Assembly (NCBI GenBank): GCA_009602725.1
Contig: WELB01000002.1
Coordinates: 1,279,366 to 1,299,365, forward strand
Direction: 5' to 3'
DNA length: 20,000 nucleotides
Source: Spirogloea muscicola
Taxonomy: Eukaryota
The first letter of the stretch is position 1. Every line of letters begins with the position of its first letter. The position numbers and the translations under genes are program-made. The notes under the pieces were generated by a model. It saw only the letters and a program-made list of their open reading frames with translations, did not search any database and was not told the origin of the DNA. This document shows, piece after piece, positions 10,392 through 20,000 of the stretch.

Positions 10392-12933
10392 TCAGACAGG
10401 AGGCACCATTGTGGCTGTTGGGGCCGTAGGAGGTCTTTCAGCTCCACAGTTGCGCCGGTTGCAATGTGTGCGGAAAGGGTAATTTAAGTTGCCACAGGTA
10501 GCACAAGACCAACTGCCTTCTGGCGGAGGACCCTCTGCACAAAGACAGGAACACAGGTCGTCAGGTGCTCCCGATTCTGGCTGCAATCTACCATGGCTTG
10601 ACGAGCACTGCGCTGAAGCTGCACTTACGAGGTGCAGGCGGCCGTGCAGGCGCACCACCCATGCTACCAGAAAAGCCTGGACCGCTTCCCATTGGAGGTC
10701 GAGGTATGTCCACCTGCACAGAAACCCAGATACAACCTTGCATTGTTTCAGAGCCAACTTCAGCACTCACTGTGAGGTGAATGACACGAAAAAGCCAGGT
10801 AGAACATGAGCCAGCGCTGTAGCACTGTGAAGGTGGTATTGAAGCAAAGAGAAAGCCCTGAAAAGGAGCTGATGCAGGCAAATAGGCAATGCAAGGAGAA
10901 GACTAAGTAAAAGCTTCGCAGACGACAGGCCCCCAGACTGTGAGCCTAGTATCATACCTGTCCAGGGTATGGTCCGCCCGGCCCGACGACTGGCTTGGGC
11001 TCGCCACATTTGCGCATATTGCAAACAGTCCTGAAGGCGAAATTGGTGTTCCCACACTTGGGGCAGATCCAGTCGCAGTCTCCATCAGGACCTACTCCAT
11101 TGAAGTACCCAGCCAAAGGGCGTTCAACAAAACGTGTGGCTAAAATGAGCTCCGTGATTCAGATGACAAGGCAAGTTGAGCTCCACAGACTTACTGTTGT
11201 CAAGTAGCACAAAGTATAAATATTAACACCAAAACACTGCAATTTAGGGTGCTGAAGTGGATGGACCTTGTCGGAGGAAATTAAAGAATGATTGCAGCAA
11301 CTGCAGGCTACTTGCATCAAGATTGTCCAACATACCTGCTCTGCGTTTCCGCCCACCATCCTCTGGAGGCGAAAAGGGAGGTGCTGCCCCTCTCATCTGC
11401 TTTATTCCACATGAAACAGATATTGTACCTATGTCAGTTCCCTGTACACCAGCAGTGTGTTGCACAAAACATTGAAGTGATGGTCATGTAGTGCTAAAAC
11501 ACTGACACACCAGGGATCTGTAGTGAGGGCAGGAAGCTGACCGTAGGGCCACGGTAGGGAGCCTCAGGAGGAGGAGCCAGACCATATGTGATCCCTGCTA
11601 CAAAAATTGCGAAAGGAAGCAGCCACACACTGAGACATGGATAGTTACAGAAGGGCAGTCCAACAATCATTGAGATCACCACCACAAAATCAGCTTGACC
11701 ACAAGATCAGCTTGACAGATACAAATGAAGCCCACCTGCCGGGTACACAGGCCCCGATGTTAGCTGGGGTATGTACGTCCCTTGGGGCGTTACAGTGTAG
11801 GCAGGCGTGTATGTCGTGGGCGCCGAGCCATAGGCACTGGGGATGGCCCCGTATGTCTGGGGAATGGTCGTATACGTCGCAGGCGGCTGAGGCGCGGCCA
11901 CGACCTGCTGCTGGCCAATGTAGCTGCTGGGTGTGATGTAGGCGACAGCAGGCGTGGGGGCACCAGGCCCGCCGTACGACGGTGGAAAAGGCTGCTGCTC
12001 GTATAGGGGCGCAGCGACCAGGTTGCCCTGCAAGCAGCGCCGAGTGTAAGTCCCGCCTCCTTGCCACTTGAGACTGCAAGTGGAAACCCCTAGCAGCTGC
12101 TGACCGCTGTGAGCCTATGGAGCATGCACTTGATTGGCTACTGGCGATAGCAACTTGTGCACCTCAACCGACTCTGGGCTGCCAAGGTCTCCAAGTCAGA
12201 CTAGTGCTTCATACGAGCGAGCAAGAATTGTGGAGGAACGCGTTTGTCAAAGGCAGGTACCCGACTGAAGTCGGCAGGCTTTGGGGCGCCGCACTTGCGC
12301 ATGTTGCACGTCTCGCGAAATGCAAAGTTGATGTTGCCGCAATTCGGGCACGTCCAGTCGCCCTCGCCCTTGGCACCTGCGAAGCACCAGACATATGCGA
12401 CGCACAGCCAGAAATTAAGCGTTTAGGATGCTGCAAGTGATGTAGCCGCCTCCTCACAACAGTTCAAGTAAGCCCGAGCAAATACCCATCCCCCCAGAGC
12501 ACCCATAGCTGCGTGCTGAGAGTGCTAAGACAATCATCGCAGGCGCACTGACCATGCTCAGCGCCCATGTCTGGCGAGCCAAGCCCCAGTGCTTACCAGC
12601 GGTGCGGGCGCGTTTGGGTCCCGGTGACGCAAAGTCGGGCCTCGGCGGCTGCAACTGTGACAGCAGAGGTGACAAGGAACCATCAGCCCAGAAGCGTGAC
12701 CTGGGCAAGGGTCGGTGAAAGCGGATGCAGCACGAGGCTGGGCGAGCCTGGAAGGCGTGAGGCTCCAGGGTGCGAGCTAGGCAGCGGCCGAGCTCAGCGC
12801 CTGGCTTTCGCCGCAGCCACAGCAGGAGCTATCCAAGCTCCACGCCCACGGCTCCTTGTAGCTTGGACGAGCCACGGCACAAGAGGACCAGCGGTGGCGC
12901 TCGGGAGCGGGCCAGACGGCGCACCTGGTACAT
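10392..12933 (-). CDS. RanBP2-type zinc finger protein with three fingers (At1g67325-like putative RNA-binding protein)
   Basis: Exons (-) 12933-12925, 12654-12597, 12376-12261, 12027-11736, 11594-11542, 11396-11336, 11091-10958, 10713-10629, 10534-10392 total 951 nt (316 aa), phase-consistent. Fingers: [70 protein letters not shown]-terminal KRART and a P/Y/G-rich linker. Confidence 0.92.
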
Positions 12934-13110
12934 GGCGGCGGCCAGGCTGCTCGGCAGGGCGGCCTCCGGCGGGCTCCGGCAGCCCTTGGCCTCGTCCTGG
13001 CCCTCAACCTCGCAGGCCGCGGCGGCGGTAACGCTGCGAGAGTGCTCGGAGCTCGATGGCGACCGCTATCACAGGCTAGCCCGCGCCCGGCGACGCCTTC
13101 TCCGCCGCAA

Positions 13111-13142
<32 letters not shown>

Positions 13143-13280
13143 TCTACCGCTCTGCGTTCATCGTGGCTTTCCGGCAGCGGCCGTTGTGTCCACGGCGCAA
13201 GCGCCAAGCCAGCGAGCTCACGAGAAGTGTACGTTGCCCACGTGGGCGCCCGCCGCGGCTCGGNGGCCACCCCTCCCCAC
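12880..13280. promoter_or_regulatory. GC/CpG-rich island with (GCC)n over the RanBP2-ZnF gene 5' end
   Basis: CG-dense tract around the ATG at 12933 with a GCC run near 13118-13143. Confidence 0.55.
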
Positions 13281-14020
13281 ATCAGCCGTCCGATGTACTC
13301 TATCTGACGGCGTGTGGCCGTGAGTAGGCTCTCCTCTCGGTAAATCCGTCCAACTGAGACTGCCACTCTGCAGATCTGCCCGCCGGGCTGATTGCTGAAT
13401 ACGCTGTATTGGTAAAGCAGATGAGGCTCTTGACGGACCTCAAGGAAACCTGCATGTGCCAGAGCTGGAGCCGGCCCCCTGGCGGAGGCTGAGGTAGCAT
13501 CCACAGTGGATTTTGGGAGTCGCTGCAGCTGGACTCTGCCCTGGCAGCTGCTGCAGCCAAGTGGGGCCTGCGGTTGAGTGGAACCTGGCAGCCCCTGTTT
13601 GCGCTTTCACAGCCCCTTTGGATCTTGTCAAACCCTTTCGGGCTGTCCATTCTACAGCCATAACCCCTTTCTAGGTTTAGAACTTAAATTTAGACCCTCT
13701 TTCTCTGCCCTGGCAGTCCGATCACGAGCCAAATAGGAGCCCCAAGGGACAAATGAGAAGCAAAGCAGAGGAGCCGAGCGTCGTGACTAAGGCTCGCGGC
13801 CCAGCTGGGCACTCTGCCGGCAAGCCTGGGCAGGATGCTGCTCATAGCTCCTCCAGCGCCAGCACCAGCGCAGTGCCTGCGTTTGCAGAACAGAAGAGGC
13901 TGCCGGCTGGGCGAGGGTGCTGTCTCCTCGGCCATGAGCAGGCGCGCATCCCTTCACCCTGCTGATCATGTCGCTCTGGGCACAGCAGCGGACAGCGGTA
14001 CCATAGTAGTGCCATCTGCA

Positions 14021-14076
14021 AAACTTAACCCCTAAGCCCTGAATTCACATTCAAAGTCTGAAACTCTGAACCCTAA
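14021..14076 (+). repeat. Degenerate CCCTAAA-like (telomere-like) heptamers
   Basis: aaacttaacccctaagccctgaa...tctgaaactctgaaccctaa; AACCCTAA at 14069-14076. Confidence 0.35.
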
Positions 14077-14441
14077 TTTTTTGGTACTGAATACTGCTTT
14101 GCCATCTCGTGCAATAGCAGCCCCGGCTTGCTGCACTCCCTCTCCAAAGAGATATAATGTGCAAATCACCCCTCCGGGATGAACTCCAAATGGCCGGCAG
14201 AAGCCCGGGCCTACGCAATGGGGCAGCTGACAAAAGGAGCTAGACAGTGCGAGGCCTTTGCGCCGGCAGATTTCTGCACTCTTTCAGCAGGAGGCCTTTG
14301 GCCTTGTGCTGCAATAGCAGGAAGTATCACTGCACTGGCGCTCTGAGGTTATGATCTGGAAGTAAGCAGGCTAGCCACTGGCACAAGATGCTTGGTGCAG
14401 CAGAAAGGTCAGGTGCCAAAGCTGTGGTGCCAGATAGCAAA

Positions 14442-15997
14442 TCAATCTTGAACCAGGCGGCTGAGGGACTCAATCAGCTGCTTCAAATTGTACTTGGTGC
14501 CCGGATCGCCAGTGAGGCCACTGATGTCGTCGCTGATGCTCTGCGGACAAATGGCACGCAGACGGCGCAGCAAGGAGGCGGTCAGCAGAGTCGCCTTGCC
14601 TGCTGCGAGGGGAGGGCACGTTGTGACAAGGCACTGCCATCAAGTTGCTACAAGTAGCCTCTTCCTTCTCCTGTCTTCTCCTGTCTGCGTCTGGAGAAGC
14701 ATTATGCAGCTAGGACCAGTGAACAGCGAGGCTGCTCTATTCACATCCAGAGTATGAGCATAATGCCCGCCTTTTCATGCCATATCCAGCCCAAAGCTGA
14801 CATTGCCTGGGACAGGCAGAACCCAGCTCTTCCACTGTGTATAGGGTTGGTCACGAGCTGATGGGACTTGCACAGCGGCTCGGCTTACCTCTATATGTCT
14901 CAATGTTTTGGACAGCGTCGCGACTGACTGCCGTAGAAGTTCCGTGTTCTCGCCCGTCAGTATGCTGCTGTTGAGCGTCCTGCTCGTCACATAGAAGGGG
15001 CAGAACACATATACACTAAGCGCAACAGCTTACGTTACGTTCCCATTCAGCAGCTGAACATCTTGTCACAACTTGCAGCCACGCCTTCATTTGAAGTGCG
15101 CAGGAGGAGGGCTTGCCTCAGGTCAACTGCAGCGTCCGTGGCGATGGCTGTCAGTCGCTCGATGTTCTTCAGGAGCGGCCCCTCGCGCACGTCCTTGAGG
15201 ATCGGCGCCACATCGCTGGCCACATTCTCCAGCTGCGCAAGCAAGCTTTCCGGCGTCTCACCCACGCTGTCCGTCGACTTGTTGACGTCTCTCAGCACCG
15301 AAAGCACGGCCAGAGGGACGGGCCGACGGCAGATGCCGCGGTAGTGGCAAGCGGGCCGGCGCCGTACCTGCTGCAGGAGCGGGCGGGCGTCCTCCACGGC
15401 GGCGCTGAGGCGCTCGGCGGCCACAAAGACCTTGCTGACGCCCTGCTGGTCGACCTGCTTGGCGATTTTAGTGCAGATGCCGACGAGCTCGTCGAGGCTG
15501 ACGCCCTGGCGGCCGACGATCTTCTCGCGGTCGCAGACGATGAGGCCCTCGGCGGCGCAGCCGGGGTCGAGGGGCCCCGCGGTGGGCGCGGGCATCGGCG
15601 GCTGCGGCGTGATGTCGATGAGCGTCTCCGAGATGAGCCCCGACTGGTTGACCTCCACGAGCGAGTTGCGGGGGATGACGACGTTGGCGTCCATGACCTC
15701 CACCACGACGTCGATGCGCTCCAGCGACGGGCGCACGCCGACGACGGAGCCGACGTCGACGCCGCGGATGCGCACCGGCGTGCCCACGGTGATGCCGCAG
15801 GCCTGCGCGAACTCCATGACCGCCTGGTAGCGCCGCGTGCGCGAGCGCACCTGGACGCCCCGGACCCACGTCAGGGTGAGCGCCAGCATGGCCACGCCCG
15901 TGACGACGAAGAGGCCCACGCCGCCCTCCCAGATGCTGCGCTTCCCGAACCCGAAGTCGCTCAGCGGCCGCGTGACCTGCCGCCACACCGCCGCCAC
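14442..15997 (-). CDS. TGD2: Trigalactosyldiacylglycerol 2 (MCE/MlaD-domain subunit of the chloroplast lipid transporter), 5'-partial
   Basis: Exons (-) >15997-15368, 15232-15117, 14979-14889, 14540-14442. Motifs: PLSDFGFGKRSIWEGGVGLF, EFAQACGITVGTPVRIRGVDVG, IPRNSLVEVNQSGL, QGVSLDELVGICT, NSSILTGENTELL, NLKQLIESLSRL. The N-terminus falls in the N gap; a candidate gccATG lies at 16529. Confidence 0.95.
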
Positions 15998-16492
15998 NNN
16001 NNNNNNNNNNNNNNNNNNNNNNNNNNNNNNNNNNNNNNNNNNNNNNNNNNNNNNNNNNNNNNNNNNNNNNNNNNNNNNNNNNNNNNNNNNNNNNNNNNNN
16101 NNNNNNNNNNNNNNNNNNNNNNNNNNNNNNNNNNNNNNNNNNNNNNNNNNNNNNNNNNNNNNNNNNNNNNNNNNNNNNNNNNNNNNNNNNNNNNNNNNNN
16201 NNNNNNNNNNNNNNNNNNNNNNNNNNNNNNNNNNNNNNNNNNNNNNNNNNNNNNNNNNNNNNNNNNNNNNNNNNNNNNNNNNNNNNNNNNNNNNNNNNNN
16301 NNNNNNNNNNNNNNNNNNNNNNNNNNNNNNNNNNNNNNNNNNNNNNNNNNNNNNNNNNNNNNNNNNNNNNNNNNNNNNNNNNNNNNNNNNNNNNNNNNNN
16401 NNNNNNNNNNNNNNNNNNNNNNNNNNNNNNNNNNNNNNNNNNNNNNNNNNNNNNNNNNNNNNNNNNNNNNNNNNNNNNNNNNNNNNNNNNNN
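15998..16492. other. Assembly gap (495 N) over the TGD2 5' coding region
   Basis: Run of N; single Ns also at 5649 and 13264. Confidence 0.99.
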
Positions 16493-16770
16493 GGCGCGCC
16501 GCGCCGCGGCGGCGCGGCGGCGGCGGCATGGCGGGAGGGCACTGCCGGGCCAGCCGCAGCGGCCCCTCCCTCCTCGTTCCGGCCAATCGTGGATTGTTTC
16601 CGACCCCCAAGCCCCCCCCCCCCACAAGGTCGGGCCAGGGCCTTTGCCGGGCCGGCAGCGGCAGTGGGAACGCGACCCCTCGCCGCCAGTGTCAACGTCA
16701 GCGACAGCTTGACGTCTGAACAGCTGCTAAGGCCTGCCATGTGCTCACGGAGTACCACTTCTGGACTGGC

Positions 16771-16826
16771 CTTTGTTCATTCGTTTCCTGGGGTGGCCAA
16801 CAATGGCCATCGCCCTCTACTGGAAG
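16771..16826 (+). repeat. Dispersed repeat, copy 2 (partner at 8297-8342)
   Basis: Exact 12-mer and 19-mer matches to 8297-8342; the spacer is 10 nt longer here. Confidence 0.8.
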
Positions 16827-17963
16827 AAGAGGAGACCTGTCACGACCACTTCCTCCTTTGGATAGGGCTTCTCTTGCAGAGGCTAGCAACGGCCCACGAA
16901 CTCTGGGCACGAATGCGTCTACATCTATCCTTAAGCTGGGAGGAGACCATAAGACAATCACAGAATGGGAGGAGGGCTTGTCTGAGCTCTCTCTCGTCCT
17001 GAGCAGCCAGCCAAGCGCTCAGAGAGCCAACCACACGCCAATGAATGCTAAGCCCAACGCTTGGGTTGGACAGATTCTTATGCTTTTGAGAACCAGGGCT
17101 GATTGCCCAGGAGGCTAGCTATTACCAGCTGAACGATGAAGATGGGCAGTTCCAGGAGAGTAGTGGCCGAGATTGGGCAGCCTAATGAGCACTCATATAA
17201 GAAACGCGCGGAATGCATGCGTAGGCAGATGGGGAGATGAATAAGACGCTGATCAAGTTGGTCATAGCAGCACACGCGTCCACCACCTATGAGGACTAGA
17301 AGCAGCATAACTATGTGCTAGGAGAACCATAACCACCAGGAGATTATGAACGGAAGTCCCTTGGGCACCTTAGAGAGTGACTAATCAAAGCACCTTTTCA
17401 ATGCCATCCTCAGCAACCTTATGATTGCAAACGAAGATTGGCCTGATTCAAGCAACTGCTACCAGCTACCCAATTGAGGCTACAGCAGCAAATGAACACA
17501 GACACGTTTTGTTGCTGACAAGATACAGTGGCCCGCAGGCAACGGAACAGGTAAGACTTACGTCGCCCTTGAAAGGCATGCAAGTGCTGCGCAACTTGAG
17601 CGCGGCATTGAAATAATTACATGCTGCCGCTGAGTCTGAACTCAATGAATGTTGGGGGTTGGAAGTGTGTGGGAATCACGACGACTGACCGACATCTATG
17701 TATAAGTGCCTTCGCGATGCGGAAATGGACCGCCAGCAGAATGTGCCTGAGCCGCACGTAGTAGCAGCTATAACTAGGACTCAAGGGCTAGACAAAGGTA
17801 ATAACTAGGACAAGGACTGACAAGGACTAACAGCAGACCAAGTTCCAAATGATACATGTTGCTACTGATGGATGTAAGCTGCTGGTAATAAGACCAAGAG
17901 ACAGATGGATTGCCACTATCAAGCTCGGAAATCAAGAGCTAACACGCAACTATAGACAGCTCC

Positions 17964-19842
17964 CTACGAGGCTGTGGTCAAGCCAAGGGAGTACATGAAG
18001 CGCTGCGACTGCGACCTAATCAGATGCGCCAGCGAGAACTGATTCCTGTCTGGGGGCGACTCACGTGGAGGGGAGGGTGCAAACTTGGGAGCCTCCTTCA
18101 CCTGGAGGACAGTCTGCCCAATTTCCTGCCTCATGGCCTCCACCACGGCCATGTCCACGGGCTCTCCCGAGGCATTAGTGACGTAGAAGACATTTACTGC
18201 CTTCTGGTCACGGGTTGCGACATCTGCACCAGTCACAGATAAGCCGTTGTCGCGGAATATGCGGGTAACATCGGACAGGAGACCCACTCTGTCTCCTGTG
18301 CACAGCTCCAAGCGCAGGCCCTGCGTCGGAGCAAGGGGTAGTCAGAAGCTGGACTAGACAGCAAACTTTGTATACATGTGACATGCAGCTAACACTTCAA
18401 AATATGCAGGCATGTATCATAAAACCAAGGCGTCCAGTGGTCAGACACAAGCAAGAGGAACTTTTCAAGTGCGTACAAGAAATGAAAGACACGAACTACT
18501 ACTACAAGCAAAGTATATCCAGTGGCCATACCATGGGCACACGCCTCTCAATGGCAGCCTCTAAGCACTTGACTACACGCTGACGTTCAGCTTCAGAATC
18601 CAGTGTGCATCCATCCAGATGTCGGATGTAAAACTCCTGCACAAGGACAAATGGGCCACCAGACACACAACATCTACACCAACTTTAGCACTTTCAGTTA
18701 TGCAGGATAGTGCCACAACGCAATAAACACCAATATCTCATCAAGAAGAGCAGACATATGCACTTCAATCAGACAATGCATGTCTTCCTTGATCAGATTC
18801 CATTTCAAACTTACAGGCAACTTCAATAAGCCTTACCTGAGTAGCAATATCATCCTCGCAGATTACAGAGCCGTGGAAGACCACATATTGCATGTCCGTC
18901 AACGTACAAACTGTGTCAAACAGCAACTTTGGACGGTCCGGACACTGGATGGTAACAATAGAGTAGGAAGTTTCAGTGCAATTGCGCACAGTAACCATGG
19001 GCCTCTTAGTGGAATTTGTACTTCGCCCTGGAGAATCCAAAGGCTCATAGTCGTGGTCTGCATGCATCATCTGGTGAAGCCTTCTCTCCGTGGTGCTCAA
19101 ACCACTCCAGCAGTCTGTCTTTGTTGTTGTTCGGCCGTCGTCTAGCTTCATCAGATCCTGTAGCCTCTCTGTCAACTTCTCGATCTGCAGAGGGGACAGG
19201 CAACAGCGGCACTGCGTCTGCTCAATCACATGACAGTCAGCACCCTGCGTGACAATATGAAGTCTTTCTCAAACACATTGTAGGTGGTTGACACAACTGA
19301 CCCACTAACAAAAAACAACGTACAAGCTCACAACCACACTGAAAACTGGACAAGAAGCTCTTACCTTACTTCCTGCCACGGCTCCACCAGTGGCTCCATC
19401 TGTCATGTACACCACGCAAGCTGCACGCCTGTTGTGGGTCCATACCTCGGCGGCTTCCACATTGCACTCCATCTCCGCAAGAACAGCACAGATTCTTGAA
19501 AGCATGCCCGGGCGATCAGGTCCAGTCAGCTCTATGGCTGTGTAAGTGGCGGCAGATTGCACCGTCACAGCCCTTCCCAGGCAAGTCTTGACCTCCTGTA
19601 CAGATACATCTCGCTTGGCTCCCAGCACCTGCGAAGGATACCCCCAATTTCAATAATAGGCTCAAGAAGGCTCAGAAACAAGCATAATGGTATCTCATTA
19701 CCGGCAACAACGAGTAAGCGGACCTGTACATTTGCTACAAACACCAAAAGCATGATGCAGGCGAATGTATAGACCTGTTGGATGAAGTCGATGGTGTGCG
19801 GATCTGTAACCTTGTTGCCCAGTTGATCCATCACATGGAACA
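17964..19842 (-). CDS. ACR: ACT domain repeat (ACR) protein, 5'-partial
   Basis: Exons (-) 19842-19775, 19628-19365, 19184-18837, 18636-18532, 18320-17964, phase-consistent. Motifs: [119 protein letters not shown]. Earlier exons lie beyond 20000. Confidence 0.95.
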
Positions 19843-20000
19843 CTGCAAAGCAAGACGATACTAGCAAGCTTGTAAGACCTGGTTATGACATGAAGGCAAA
19901 CATGTGACATTCGCCCAACCCAAGACAAAGCCAGGCAAGACACAGGATGACCTCTGAATACATCATCTTTCTGTATTCTTCAGTCTATTGGGTGGGGGGG

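Noticed and set aside
14060..14082. AACCCTAA followed by T6 as a telomerase RNA template with Pol III terminator
   Set aside because: The template would sit at the very 3' end with no room for pseudoknot or P4-P6 elements; no USE/TATA promoter seen.
16795..16830. Minus-strand PVEGDGHC resembling the OTU protease catalytic motif
   Set aside because: Not followed by LF/LY-R-A, and the other repeat copy reads VEGDDHR*; probably coincidental.
15047..17002. ORFs of 265-629 aa
   Set aside because: Inflated by the 495-N gap; only the TGD2 frame is supported.
17770..17830. Short duplications (ATAACTAGGAC x2, ACAAGGACT x2) downstream of the ACR stop
   Set aside because: Ordinary local slippage; no further structure.
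213..19842. Six genes as a functional cluster (five co-oriented; ECH2, TGD2 and PEBP are lipid-related)
   Set aside because: Different compartments and pathways, all ordinary conserved plant families; would need synteny or co-expression evidence.

Overview
Eukaryotic, intron-rich, GC-rich nuclear DNA from a green plant. Inference: probably a streptophyte alga, given plant-type gene families, short introns and very GC-rich 5' ends. Six spliced protein-coding genes were rebuilt by hand from splice signals, reading phase and recalled family motifs: RbcX Rubisco chaperone (+, 5' part outside the window), peroxisomal enoyl-CoA hydratase 2 (-, 11 exons, 309 aa, ends SRI), a YbhB/YbcL-type PEBP protein (-), a three-finger RanBP2-type zinc-finger protein (-), TGD2/MlaD lipid-transfer subunit (-, 5' part in an N gap, with a GC-AG intron) and an ACT-domain-repeat (ACR) protein (-, 5' part outside the window). 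Intergenic DNA shows CpG-island-like 5' regions, a short repeat shared upstream of two genes, a possible decayed LINE, a C/D-box-like unit around a 12-bp tandem repeat, and degenerate telomere-like heptamers. I found no clearly new multi-gene system; the leads below are modest and mostly hypotheses. Homology calls come from memory of family sequences, not database searches.
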